Assembly: GCF_006345805.1 (NCBI RefSeq)
Contig: NC_043001.1
Location: forward strand, 59,148,001-59,212,000
DNA length: 64,000 bases
From: Octopus sinensis
Taxonomy: Eukaryota
Direction: 5' to 3'
This document shows positions 25,614 through 40,110 of the stretch, piece after piece; within the stretch, counting starts at the first letter, position 1; each line of letters begins with the position of its first letter. Under the pieces are notes generated by a model. The model was not told the origin of the DNA. It saw nothing but the letters and a program-made list of their open reading frames with translations, and searched no databases. The position numbers were made by a program, and so were the translations under genes.

Positions 25614-26980
25614 GTGTAAAATAATACCGTTGGGTAAAATAATACCGTTCACCTAAATTTTTACCAACAATGGACTCTGGTGTAATTTCCTAAACCAGAT
25701 ATTTAAAATACAGAACACCCTGGCATGCTGGTTTCTACTTTCCGAACATTATATTGAATACTGGGTTTTCAAATCAAATCGGTAGCAAATTATTTGACAA
25801 GTCGTATATTTCACTTCTTTCCTTTGTTACTTTATAAGTTATGAACACTTTATGTTATGCATGAATCATTTCTATATTGTTTCATTTCTCCTTCACTTCA
25901 GATTTTCAACCTGCAAACCGAACCTTTGAGTTAAAAGGAAGACATAACAATGCACTAAAAGAAATTGTAGAACAATATCACGAAATCAATTTTTAAAAAT
26001 TTTAAAACGTACATCAAATTATTGGGAAAAAAATCTCACTTAATATCCAGAAAACATGAACCAAAAAAATTTTCTGCAAAAAAATCAAAAAGAAACTACT
26101 CTAGGTTTGGGACCACACGATGTGTAAAGATGTGGATTCTAATTTTTCATTGTTTGTTAAAGTACATTGTTTAAGGACTGCCGTGGTTTGAAACAAGTGC
26201 GTGAACACGATGTGCTTCCTTGACATCAGAGAAAACGTGATGTCAGTAGGGTTATATACGTTAATGCCCACTCACTGTGATCAGATTCTATAGAATAATT
26301 TCAGGGCGCTTTGATGTCTTCGACACAATCAAGTTAGCTCGGTTTTATTTCTGTTTCACGACTCATTTTTATTGTCTTCTTTATTCTATATCTTTATCAA
26401 AAACATAATGGCTACGTGAGCATCAAGGATATGCTATGTGTATTGTGTGTAAGGAGAAAGTTGTATGGAATAGTTTAGTTGCAAGATTAAGGAATGAATC
26501 AAAACCGTTTCATATAATGATGCAGGAAGTTGCTGCGCGAAAATATATTATATATGATTTCAAATAGTGTAACTAACTGAGCAAAATGTAATGATATTTC
26601 TTTAAAGAGCAGTGACATTGAATCTAAGATATTAAAGTTGTGTTAATTAACGGAAGGACACATGACTGACATAATATCACGTGATATTTAACGACATCGG
26701 AAATTCCTTCTAGCAAACACGGTTATTAGATTACGATGCAACTTGGAAAGTTATTGTGAGAGTGAACCTCGTTCATTGAGAAAATGAAATTATAATGGAA
26801 ACAATTTCGAGATGTTGCAAGATTATTAAACTAATTATAGACTAATGCTCAGCAGAGACACTGATTCGATGCGGTTATTTTTTTCCCTTTGCCTTTATAA
26901 TTAGTACACGAGATATATTGCTACCCTTCTTGGTATTATCTACGTACTTCGCATATACACACACACCACACACACACACA

Positions 26981-27077
<97 letters not shown>

Positions 27078-30000
27078 CTTTTATCGTGTTTCAGTCTTTA
27101 GAATGCGGTCATGCTAGGACACCACTATAATTTTTTTTTTAAGTTAAATGAATCGATCCAGAACTATTTCCTTAAGGCTGTAGACTCTCAAACTGCTCTG
27201 CAAACAAAGTTACGTCATCGTTCTGCGCAACAGTGAACTCGCAACAAAGCAATAGTTCGAGATATGGCCACTAGGTGACAGCACATACCTTGAGTGAAGA
27301 GCAAATCAAGGGTGCTAATTAATTTCTGACGGTAGTGTAGATATATACATTTTGCTGTAAATGATTTCACGAAGTTGCAATCTTATTTTACTCTTTTTCA
27401 TTTCACATTTTTAGATTTAACTTTAATTCGGTGGCGTGTTTTGAATTTTCTTTTTTAATAACAAATGTAAAGGAATATATGATGGAAATGTGAATGCTTA
27501 TATTTCAGAAATTCTACAAAAATTATAAATATTTTCAGTGATGCAAATATGCTTATCCGTATGCATAACCAGTCTATACCTTTATAGAAGGAATCTACGT
27601 TATTAGCGGTTGAATAAGCACATTAAATCCAGTTAATCTAATAATCATAACGCTAAATCAGTATAATTTTGTCAGTGGCTGTCTCAAAATAGCTATCGTT
27701 CGGCATTACTATATAATATTGTGTCAATTGATGGTTTCATTGAACATTATTTCTTTTACTGCAATCATGTAGTATGAAATACTAAACTTATATTAGGTTT
27801 GCCCACTGACATTTTGTGAAGTAGATGGATGTTTGTACAAGTACAAATGAAATTTCGTTTAAGTAGTTGAAACTTGATGGGCAGACGCAGACTAGCAACA
27901 TTGACATATATTCTGTTTGGAGCTATTTTCAGGTGGTGTATTGCTTCACAATATATACTATAGAGACTGTATGTGATATCTATAGGAAGAAATATAACTA
28001 GTCAGAATCCAAAATGTTCATAGATATTTCTGTCCTTCCGTCAAAGATGATGACCTTTTACGGTTTAGAAAAAGTTTGAGTTTCTGTTTCTGGTCCCACG
28101 TAAAAGTTCAGACATCTAGTCCAGAGTCAGCGTTTCATTTACTTCTATATATTCATTTTGTTGAAATACCAATACTTCAATGTCAGCGTATGTTAATAGT
28201 AATACTTTGTATTTAATGAGGAAAATTTACGTTTCGAAATCCCACATTACAGCTTCATGCTTCAATGTCCATACAATCAGTACTGAGATTGATAGAATTT
28301 CACCCAACTACGACACTGTAAAATTATATTTCATTCAATCTATATTAGATGACACTCGCATCTAAACCTGTGCGGTTTGTGACAATGCATGAAAATTATG
28401 TACAAATATTATAGATGATGGAGATTTTGAATTACTATTTGATCTATTTCTGGCAAGTAACGTGCATTAAATGGAACTAGCAGAATGATCGCCCTCCGGG
28501 CAGTTTTTTGCTGGCCACTCGATAATATTTTCTCATTGATATTTTCAGTCGCGTATTCTTTTTGACGCCCCATGTTGGATTTCAAAATTCTAACATGATA
28601 TTTGTGTAATAACGAAATCAAACTGGTGTGTGGGGGTGTGTTTATATTACAGAGACAGTGTGTGTGTTTATATTAGAGAAAGAGTGGGTGTGTGTGAGAC
28701 AGAGTGAGAGAAGAGAGAAAGAGAATATTGTAAAAAATAAATGAAATAAATATGAAATGAAAAAAAATCACATAAATAAAAGCTCGCTAAAAACTATCTC
28801 GTACCGAATATTTAAATTTGTGAACTTGAAATATTCAATAATAAAAGAAAATTCAGAAAGTAAATTTTCATGAAAACTTCAATTTATAAAAAATCTCACT
28901 TGCTTTGTAAATATTTCTTTCGGTAATCTATCGCAAATGTAATTCAAGCAAAGTTTAGCGTGCTTGAAATAGTTGCCAGCACACAATTATTATTCTAAGG
29001 CTTATATACCAGTATATTAAAAATTTTCATTTAGCAAAAATTAAGCGTCAAAGTTATACAGCTATTTTGTCTAATAGCATTCATTCATTCAATAAATATT
29101 TTTTTTACATTACGTATATTGAATAAATTGTGGGGTTTTCAAACAGCGAATTAAAACTTGAAATGAAAACATTGATATAAATATATGTTAAATCATCATT
29201 TAATGAAAATAGAGGCGACAGAGAGTGAGGAACTGATGTAAATGAAAGCGGAAAATTTCGCCTGCAATGAATTAATATTGTTTATTGAATCTACTCCGCA
29301 GTTAATGCAACGAATATTTATATTTGTGAAAAACTTGTTGCTCAAATATTCAATAACCTTCAGAAATCGAAATTACAGGAAATATCTTGGAACATGAATT
29401 TATTTTAAACATTTTCAGGCCTTTAATAATTGCATTCTTTTAGTAACTGCTTTATACCTAATTAATAAGCAGCTTTCTCCTTATAATAAAGATATCAGAG
29501 GATATGTTATTGCATATTATGAATATTGCATATTTGGAATAAAATATAAAGAATAGAGTGAAATATCTTGTTTAGTAATCAGACGTTTGAAATAAACGAT
29601 ACTTCTCTAGAAAGACAAAATTTGGATATATTATTTGAAATGTATGTGATGTCCAGTCTCTTGCAAAATCCCGTAAACAATATATGTACGTAATACAATA
29701 ATATGCCCTTCTCCAAGAAAAAGGAAACCAAACGATTCATATTCGAAAAATAAAACACAAAAATATTAGTAAATATAAAGCCAGAATATCTTATCGCATT
29801 TCAGTATATATGCGAAACGTTATGTGTATAGAACATGATCTATTTTAAAGTAATTAACATATATGTGGTACTTATAGATACAGTGAACACTATATTCCTA
29901 AGGTATTCCATATCAATCTCATTCTTACAGGAAAACCTATTAGTGGTGGAGAATATCGCTTAAATTGTTAGCAGCGACATTTGATGTGCAATGTGAGAAA

Positions 30001-32256
30001 CAAATATTTAAGTTCAACCAAAATATTAGTACGCAAAGTTCAACTCCTTTATGTACACGATAACGTATGTTTAACTGTTCGTTTTTATGCGGTGAACGTA
30101 ACAATTCTGGTTACCTGTAAGCGAAGAAAATACTTTATATACAATACCAGAAGTATATCCGAAAACCATTTTGTTAATTTTCCAGACCGATGAATTGAGT
30201 CGAAACCGAACATTTGCATGTGTTTAGACGTAGAAATTAGCGAAGCTGAAACATATCGAATGTATTAAATCTGTCACTAAGCATTTATTAGGAAGAAGAC
30301 AGCTAGTAATCCAGCCTGTTTTGAATTCTTGACACACATGTTTTCTACATTTATTATTCTTGTGTAGTTAATTGGCTTTTTCCAAATCCAATTTCGACAT
30401 GCGGTACGCTGTTTAACCAATGTGCCAAACACCTTGTGCTGCTATGTCATTCTTTCCACGCAACAATTCCTGCTGGAAAATTTTCCTTTCATTTTTACAG
30501 TATCACTCAAAAACCATTATGTCAGGTTCATTTTCCTTTCAGAGGCTCCCCATTTGTACTTGAAACGCCTTAACGCAGCCCCTTCTATTTGCAGGTGATG
30601 AAAATTTCTGGACAAGAATATAATGAATAGTCACAAGCAACTTGTGGTTCACAGAAAATTACATGCCTGTCTAAATCTGTAATTTATTTTGGTCTTTTTT
30701 TCTTTTCTCCTTTACTCTTTAATTTTTTTATGTCATTTTCAAAGAACCACATCTGTTGCTCTAAGGAATGCTACACTAAAGGAAACAGATGTTTTGCATC
30801 ACCAATGATTGTATAGTTTTATTTTCGCTTTTATTTTAGAGAGAGAGACAATTAAATATTTTAACTTGTGTTCAGTGAAAAACCAATATATCTCCTACCT
30901 GAACTTTAGACAGCCATCAATATTTTATATTTTTATCATTTTAAAGAATCGATTCAGTACAGAAATTGAATTTGATTTAGCGCACCTCATTTAAAAAAAT
31001 AACACAATCGATTCAGTTAGGATAAAAATCATGCACTCTCAATCGACATTCTTAAAATTTCATTGTACAATCGACAACATTGTTTATTAAACAAAATTAT
31101 CTCATTCTTGTGATTTATTAATCAATAGCGAACTGATATTAGTACAAATGTAGTAGTGTTCTGATATTTAGTCATCAACATTCGCTCCATGTATATAAAC
31201 AGCATATTTTTATTTCACACTAAATATTATTTGAGACAAAGTTTGTTGTTAGCTGATTTTTAATTATTAAAATAGACTTGTTCTACAGATGCCAACCTTA
31301 TCATAGATATATTGCCTATAACACACGCGCACGCTCACACATATATATATATATACATATGTATATATATATAATATATATATATGTGTATATATATTTA
31401 TAAATGTATATATATCTATCTGTATGTATGTGTGTGTATGTGTGTGTGTGCACGCGTGTGTGTGTGTATGTGTGTGTTTTTGTAGAAAGTTTAAAAGTAA
31501 AACACGAGTTGATATGTATAAGGAAAGTAGGAAAGGTAGAAAATGAATTATTTTAATAATTCAAAGTCAATAATATTAACATTGAATTCGGATATTTACT
31601 GCCTTTTTGTGGATAATATATCGGTTTGTAGTTATTAATCTTTAATTTCTTAATTTTTAATTAGACAACCCTATTATTTTTGTAGTTAGTTTTTGTTTCA
31701 TTAAATTTATCTGTCTTTACTAGATATTTACATATCGAGAATTGCAATGTTAATAAGATGCTGGAGTGGTTTATATATATATATATTTCTGGTCTTCAAT
31801 TGTCAGGCTTTCTAATTATCTTTCATTCTATTATTATTTGTTCGTTCCCGTCTGAGCTATGAAAGGTCTTTGTATATTTTTGTTGATCGTAATTATTCAT
31901 ACCAATATGTATTTCCTGACAAAGAATCTAATTTTTATTTCAAGAAGAGTTTTTCGTTTTTGTCTTTGGAATTAATTAGACTCCGAGACAATTTGTAGAA
32001 TATATATTGGATCTGTACCAACCTGGATTATGAATTAAAGATTGTCTATACCTACAATTGTTTCCTTTCCCTATACTTCATTTATTGTTTTTGCAAATAC
32101 TGAATATGTATATTTTTATATATATTCTTTACTAGGACTGTACTGGAGGACTTGGATGTTTGCCATCCCTTTAAACGATTTCGTTCCTGACCTTATACAC
32201 ACACACACATATATAATATAATATATATATATATGTATGTATGTATGTATATATAT

Positions 32257-32287
<31 letters not shown>

Positions 32288-32329
32288 CATACATACATAC
32301 ATACATACATACATACATACATACATACA

Positions 32330-32366
<37 letters not shown>

Positions 32367-32757
32367 ATACTTATACTTATATGCATCTTTCTGTATGTGT
32401 GTGTATGCAATGCATGAATATATACATATATGTGTGAATGTATGTGTACATGTACATATAAATACAAATATATTCCATACATGACATCCAGATATATTCC
32501 ATTTACAAAGCACTTAATTCTGTGAAAGGACGAGACGAGACTCCGTCTTCAGGGAGGAAGATCTTATTTTTGAGATGCTAAAGGAAAGAGTTCCATCTTT
32601 GAACATATTTTCCTATAACATATCAAGTGTAAGACTTCTTCCCTGAAGAAAGAAACTTGTCCCATCCTATAGTGGAATATATAATATAGGCATATGTGCG
32701 TATGTGCATGTATATATATATGTGTATGTATATATATATATATTATAATATATATAT

Positions 32758-32799
<42 letters not shown>

Positions 32800-33643
32800 G
32801 TATGTGTGTGTGTGTGTGTACAGTTCAACTTTGCAGTAACGAAGATAAGGGGAGTGAACAACAAGCACATGTATTACTCTGACGCTCGGGAAGAATGAAA
32901 AAGTGATTGATGTTTCGAGTTCACGCTTTTGGATAGAAAGGTTTGAGATGAAAACAAATGGAGAGAGAACGAATGAAAAAGAAACGGAGAGGCAAGAAAA
33001 TATATAAGGATTAACGGTTCAACACGATGAAATGAACCTATATATACATAAAGGAAGAGGGTTCCAGTTATCTTCAGGCAGTGTAATGCAGGAGTAGAAT
33101 AAAAAGTGACATGATAAAGTGAAGGTAGCTTCTAAGAATGCTTAAAGCTTTTAAAATCTTTATGTTTCGGGTGCAAAGAAATGATAATCTCAAACAAGTG
33201 TGTGTCTAAGTAGATCCTCATATTTTGGATACCTTAATGAGCAATGACCTCGTTTTAGCCAGATCTTATTCTTGTAGCATATGCATATTGTGCAGATATG
33301 ATTAAAATCCAAAGCGGTGTCGTCTTGAAGCACATCTGCTTATTCCTTTACTTAAGATGAATATGTAGATGTTATATTTGTGTGAGGTATGCATTAGAGG
33401 TTAAAATTCTGGAAAATATTTTTTGAAGTGTTAGTTACATGTCAAATTATTTTCAAAATTCACTTTTACACGTGTTCCATTTGTTCACAAGAGTTGCAAA
33501 GCTGTGCATGGAGGAGAAACACATATAAGATATCTCCTACTGGAAATTCGTAAGACAAAGAATCAAATTATTTGGTTTTGTATGCTTCTGATAATTATTT
33601 TTGAAAGTATCTTTATACTTTGCTGTTTGTATCATCATATCTG

Positions 33644-33739
<96 letters not shown>

Positions 33740-33960
33740 CTTTTATCCTTTTGGTTGTTTCAGTCATTTGACTGCGGCCATGCTGCAGCACCGCCTTTTT
33801 AGATAGGGGAACGTAAACACACCAGCATTAATTGTCATGAGATGGCGGGAGAAAAAACATAGACAAATATTTACACACACGCACACGCAATCACAAAAAC
33901 ACACAAACAGTCCTTAAATTATTTATTTCGTAATTCAAGACCGGAAAATATACTAACTTT

Positions 33961-34056
33961 CCCCTGAAGATACCCGGCAATATATGGTTTATTACATCTA
34001 TAATCGTTCGATTGTTGCTGATTCAAACATACTGTCGAATTGAAACATGTGTAGGA
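33961..34056 (+). ncRNA. Degenerate long-stem-II hammerhead motif (PLE remnant)
   Basis: CC-CTGAAGA (33964-33970)...GAAACATGTGTA-GG (34042-34055). Partial stem II CGGCA/TGTCG. The base of stem II is mismatched. Confidence 0.35.
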
Positions 34057-34130
34057 TTTTTCGGATATGTTTGGGTTATTTTATTGATCTGCTTCCTTTT
34101 AGTCTTATAGGTATAACTTCTAATATGCAT

Positions 34131-34262
<132 letters not shown>

Positions 34263-34544
34263 GTAGATATACATACGTACATATATATAATACGTCATAA
34301 GTAAACAAACATAAGTTTGTTTAAAACGTTGAAATGTATTGTAGAACAAGTAGAAAGATAAATTTTTTCAACACGTAAATACTGAACAGTATATATATTG
34401 GATAAATTCCTATTAAGAGCAGAAAAATTTTCCGGCAAATTTTTTCTGATCTTAAAAGGATTTTGTCCCATATATATACTGTTTGGTATTTACATGTTGA
34501 AAAACATGTTTCTACTTGTTATATATATATATATATAGGTGTGA

Positions 34545-34945
34545 GCAAGTGTGTATGTGTGTTTGCATGTATGTATACTTTCATATCCAGACATGTTCTT
34601 ATGTTCTTAAATGATAAACTTCAGGAGAGTTTTACAGATTTTTACAGTTCCAATAATGCTTTGCATATGTAGTCTTCGAATCAGCTTTTACTTTTCTGGT
34701 TTTCAGAAGCTTAATTCGTCATGATTGCTATTCAGGTAGTGAGTTATATATACCAGTACCCCATCAATTACGAGTATAAACCTGAACTAGTTATCTGTAT
34801 AGTGTAGCTGCAGATTTCTTAATAGTTCAGCGTAGGCATTCTCTTTTTCACTCTTCTTCAGCTTTATATTCACATCCGCTAAAACCCTGATTTTCACAAC
34901 TCTACACAGTTTCTCTTCTCTATCCCAGATCATAATATCAAGTCA
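34545..34945 (-). mobile_element. 5'-truncated 3' end of an RLE-type (R4/Dong/HERO-like) LINE
   Basis: Minus translation LDIMIWDREEKLCRVV..DVNIKLKKSEKENAYAELLRNLQL. Near-duplicate of 35290-35640. Confidence 0.7.
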
Positions 34946-35069
34946 AATGTGTTTACAATGTACGTATGTGTGTATGCATGTATGTATGTATGTATGTATG
35001 TATGTATGTATGTATGTATGTATGTATGTTATGTATGTATGTATGCATGTATGTATGTACGTGTGTATG

Positions 35070-36560
35070 TATGTCATTATTCAGTTTATTTCCATATTTC
35101 TTGCCAATAGAGAAAGAATCAGTTTCTAAACTAGATCCAAGTGATCATCATTGGAATTTCAGCATTAACAACAGGGTATTTTTGTTTGTTGTTTGCTTGT
35201 TTGTATGTATGTATGTATGTGTGCAGATTTGTATCTTTTATGTATGCATTCTCATGCATAGAGTTACATATTTAGACATGCGCATATATATTTAAATGAT
35301 AAACTTCTGGAAAATTTTACAGATTTTTGCAGCTCCTATGATGGATTAGCCTTCGAATTAGCTTTCTCCTTTCCGGTTTTGAAAAGATTAATTTCTCAAG
35401 ATTGGTATTTAGGCAGTGTGTTACATATTCCTTGGCCCCAATAATTACAGGTATAAACCTGAACTTGTAATGTGCATAGAGTAACTGTAGATTTCTCAAT
35501 GGTAGTTCAACATGGGTGTTCTCTTTTTTCAATGATCTTCAACTTTATGTTAACATGCGCTGGAGAGCTAATTTCCACAACTGTGCACAGTTTCTCTTCT
35601 GAATCGCAAATCATTATATCAGGTCTGTTGTTCTTACATTTTATTGAGGTCTTCACTGTTACATTCCACCAGTATCTCTTTTCATTATGAGTGGCTCTGG
35701 CTTCTACCATATTGTGGGTATTATTTCTTTGTCCTCAGGATTATCCTTCCGATAGTCCTAGCTACAACATCGTGTTTCATCGGTAGATAATACTTTGATT
35801 AGATTTTCAGACAACTGCTTATTATGTGGGAGGTAGTAATCCGGTTATTGGTCCATGATAAACTGCTTTGATGATCAATGTTACTATCATTACGTGCTTT
35901 CTACTAACATATACATGCATAGTCTTCTGCTTATATAGGCTCATCCTTTCATCTGATACGTTGCGGTAGAGTCGTGCGACTTTTTGGGCATGTATTCTAG
36001 GTTATCAGACAAAGAGTGTTGCTCTCATGTCTCTGCATACTGCTGCCTGGTTGCGGTTAATTTTTGTGCTTATTGTTCTTCTCTCGGTTATTCTCTTTTG
36101 GCGTCGGAGGTTTTTAGTTTGCAAGTGAGTGTCTTCTTCTTTCTGTCTCCAAACATCATTTCTATCTCCTTTACTTTCTGTTGGTGGGACGTATAGTGAT
36201 TTGCTTCTTTGCATGCAATAAGCGTCATTACATGACTGGGCGGTTCTTCTTTTCTGTTTTCAAAAACTCATGATAGTACTTTGTTAATTCGGCTTAGTTT
36301 AATTTTTGAATATCATTCATATACTGTTTGACAGTAGTTGCCAGCATATATAGACAGGTGTCAATCTGCCAGTTTGTGGGTTCGTCCCACTTTTGTAAAT
36401 ACTCATCACCAATTTCGTTAACAGCTTTTAATACTGTACCTAATGGGTTTTTCTACTTACTTTGGTAGAGATTTCTCTTTCCTCAAGAGAGTCATTCAAA
36501 GCCAAAGTTATTTTTTCTTGGAACATTTCAGTAAGGGCACATTTTACCGGTTTATAATCT

Positions 36561-36598
<38 letters not shown>

Positions 36599-37318
36599 TA
36601 ATAATCGTTGCGGTAGTGCCTGCAATGTACCATAGTCGTAGTAGGGGGACAGTCGTCAGTTACTTGAGCCAGCAATGTAGTTTCTGTTGGAATCGCTAGC
36701 TTTGAAACCACGTGGTGGTCTTATATCTTTCACGTTTTCCTTTTTGTTTATAGAGCTGCGAAGAAGGTTAATTTTCGATTTTTTAATAAAGTTACAGTTA
36801 CTAACCTTCTTTCTATATTGTACAAATGTTGCTTGTTGGCGTAGTTGCTTCGCAGTAAAATGATTTAATTCTGGATGTAGATCATCCCAAAATGATTTCA
36901 ATTGATTCATATAGTCAACAGTGGGGTTTTGTTTTTGCATTTTCGTAGCAGTTAAACAGATCATTATTCAGTTCATAACTCCAGGAGAAATGAGTTTTGT
37001 AGTTACGGTGTCTTCTATAACTACAGCTACAAAGAATTCGTACATGTTGAGCTGTTGTTTTCGTTCTAGACCTCAATTGTGTTGTTGATGTTGTGTGTAG
37101 CCATGTTGTTTGTAGTAACACTCTGTATGGTAAATTCAAGTTTGGGTAGAAAATCACAACGATCTTGAATAAAAGACTCCCTCAGTTAATTCATCTGAAG
37201 ATTAACCAGTTATTTAACAAGGCTGAGAGTTGTGGTTCCTAAGTTGGAGATAGTATTCATCGTATTATCAATAAATAGTCTCTCACGCCAAATACGCGAC
37301 TTGTCTCTTCAAATATTC
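35070..37318 (-). mobile_element. Internally deleted RLE-type (R4/Dong/HERO-like) non-LTR retrotransposon
   Basis: N-terminal YMNQLKSFWDDLHPELNHFTAKQLRQQATFV (36656-36964). A zinc-knuckle remnant (SHI.SSC..YYLPMKHDVVA) near 35760-35830. Endonuclease motif NNRPDIMICD..VEIS..K (35507-35710). No RT core is recognisable. (TATG)n on both flanks. Confidence 0.72.
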
Positions 37319-37345
37319 ATGTATATGTGTATGTATGTATGTATG

Positions 37346-37376
<31 letters not shown>

Positions 37377-37959
37377 TTATGTGTGTACAGTTTGTACAGT
37401 TTGTACAGTTTGTACAGAATGTGTAGTATGTATCTATATCAAAATAGGCTGCAATATATGGCCTTATATTTAATTCTATAAACTAAGACCGAGTAATGTA
37501 AACCAAGTAAATTAATTAAAATGATTGAAATGAATAGACAAAATAAAGCAGCCTGATTATTTCTGACTCGAGTAAATAGTTCCGTTCCGTTCTACACTTG
37601 CCCACTATGCTTCTAATAGCAATTCTTTCGCTTGTTTATACTGAACCGTAATGTAATCATCCTTTAAAAATTGATATTGTTGTCATAGTATCTTAATCTT
37701 ACTAATTAATACTTGCTAATACTTGCATTTATCACCAATAATACCTAATACGTTGATTTTATGTTTAATAAACTTAGATTGTCTTTAGGCTTCTATTTAT
37801 TAATTTCTCATATTGCACTTATAAATTATATTTACTTCGAAGTTTAATTTTACTTAAATTATATATATATATATAAACTCACGACGATCGGTTGTCAAAC
37901 GATGGTATGGGGATAAACACAGACAGACACAAATTTACACACACACATACACACATAGT

Positions 37960-38100
37960 TCAAATTTACAGAAAACAAAAGACGAAAAAGGTGTAGGAAA
38001 AAAAAGTAGCTGTATCAGTTTAACGCAGAGGAAGAATGAAAATGTACTTTACGTTTCGAGTTTATGCTCTTCAACAGAAAGGAGGAAAAGAAAAAATGGA
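37960..38100 (-). mobile_element. Penelope-like terminal remnant, family H1 (variant hammerhead at 38046-38082)
   Basis: Minus strand CCTTT-CTGTTGA-A-GAGC-ATAA-ACTC-GAAA-CGTA-AAGT. Confidence 0.6.
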
Positions 38101-38382
38101 AGGAGAAAGAATATATATATATATAAGAATATATATATATATAAGTCTTTTCATTTTTAAATCTCTATTGTCCAAGTGTGTGCATGTGAGGGTGTAGTCG
38201 CACATATAAATGTTTGTGTATGCATTAGCGCAACCAGACAGTACTTTATCACCCTATCACATACTTAATCTGCTAACACCATATTTTGACGTTAAATATA
38301 AAATTATTGCTAAGAAAAACTGAGTCACCAGACAAGAAGAGACGCATCTGCACCTATAATGTGTGACAATTGGTTGTACACC

Positions 38383-38460
38383 ACCTCACCTGTAGTTTAC
38401 ATGTGCTCGATGAGTCGAAACGATCGTAGAGGTTATGAATAAATAGTCTCATAAATTTTC
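38383..38460 (+). other. Decayed hammerhead-like PLE remnant
   Basis: CCTC...GAAAC-GATC-GTA-GAGG...AATAAA shows a palindromic stem III (ACGATCGT) and stem I CCTC/GAGG, but the core reads CTGTAGT. Confidence 0.35.
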
Positions 38461-38959
38461 TTTTCTATAATCTTATAATTTTTATATCAATTCAACGGAT
38501 ACAAAGGAATTTTTGACGTAAATCCTGTAGCATATACTTACATACTGTCCAAAAGAACGTAGGTTCTCAGTGGAATTGAAAAGACGCCTACGTATCGTTC
38601 ATGTTTAATAAAACAATTAATTAATGTTGCTCCTCGAAATTTAGCTACCGATATCATGTACACATGTATATAAATGTGTGTGTCTGCGCGCGCGCATTTC
38701 GCAGCAATTTGTTAAGGATCTCAGAATAGCTAATATCTATGAAGATGAAGGATAAGGTAAGATCAAATACCATGCCGGGTAAATTCTTGATTTACAGGAA
38801 TTATCTCTTATAAAAGAAATTAGAACAATTGGTCGGTAACACGAAGACCAACACAAAATGAGAAGAGAATTACAACCGAATTCAGGACTTAGTTTAAAGA
38901 AACCTTGTTTATAACATAATTTTCATATATACTTTCTGTCCTCATTTTATTTTAATATA

Positions 38960-40110
38960 TACAATATTTGGTATCTGGGGAATATCCACAAAAATATGGC
39001 TTCTCAGACCGTGGTCCCAGCAGACGAAATGGAAAAGGTTTTGCCCCGGAGGATAGCGAAGGATATGAGCTAGCAATCCACTCTCACTTACTGGATTCGC
39101 AATTGCGGATACACATCCCCACTTTAATAGTGGTAAGCAGTGATGCGGTCCATAGTCACGTGTTCGACCATAAACCTGTCAGAGAGTGACTTTTCTCAGC
39201 CTGATGAGCAGTGGAGCGGGCACACTAATTTGCCGCTAGATACGTTGTCACAGCATGTGGAATCTCAGATGAGGGTCCTGTTATCATGGAACGGGAAAAT
39301 TGTCATATTGTCAGGCCTTTTACCGTCCCTTCGCTTTAGCCCCATTGGCCCGAGCTGGGAAGAGAAGCTTGCGGCGTGTAGAACATGCTTTCTGATTTAG
39401 TTAAGAGTAGCATGGTGTGGAACTCGACAGCACTACAATGGCATGTCAATAGGTGGAGACCGTTGTGCAGACAGTTGCTATCAAACTGAGTGCCAATCGA
39501 GAATGATGGCACTGCATTGGGCCAGGAACTGCTGTAGAGCTCGAAGACTGAGAGGAAATATACCAGACGGTACTGGTTAAATTAGTGCACTAACTCGTCC
39601 GAGATCAAGCTAGACTGGATGGCGTCCCATTTCTTTTGAGACGTACACAGAGGGGAGAGAGAACAGACGTCTTCAGGGTGCAGGCCGAGTTGGCTCCATG
39701 ACACACAGGCTATCTCACGCTCCTTGATTACAGTAAGTTTATATGTGTTGTGAAGAACCTTGTTGATGAAGACATGGCATGTGGTGCCGACGAGAGAAAA
39801 GTGGCAGAGCCAGTAAGACCTAAGACTAAGGCCGAAACCGCCATATTTGACGGGCTAGGTGGTGTGTAGCCATCCAGTGTCGTCAAACTGAACGTTGCAT
39901 ATTTCTTTAGCAGCCAGTCAGATACAGGCGTCGGGATCTGTGAGGAGAGATATGTCGTTGTAGCAAGGATCGCTGCGAAAGGAATACATTAGCTTCAGAA
40001 TGGTGAAGCAGTTCCTTAATAGGAACATTACTGGGTGGGCGTCGATCACGTTCAGTCTGCTTGTTAATGTTTCAACCTGCCGAAGCTTAGATATCGGGAT
40101 GGAGTGAAAG
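38960..40110 (-). mobile_element. Decayed CRE-clade-like (RLE) non-LTR retrotransposon, 3' part
   Basis: Minus translations VIDAHPVMFLLRNCFTILKLMY (about 40049-39981), PVKYGGFGL (about 39855-39828) and RDGKRPDNMTIFPF..DSTCCD (39330-39250). Many stops and frameshifts. More GC-rich than its flanks. Confidence 0.62.

Noticed and set aside
26221-26245. Inverted pair TGACATCA-9 nt-TGATGTCA
   Set aside because: An 8-bp inverted pair is expected by chance in 64 kb; no supporting context.
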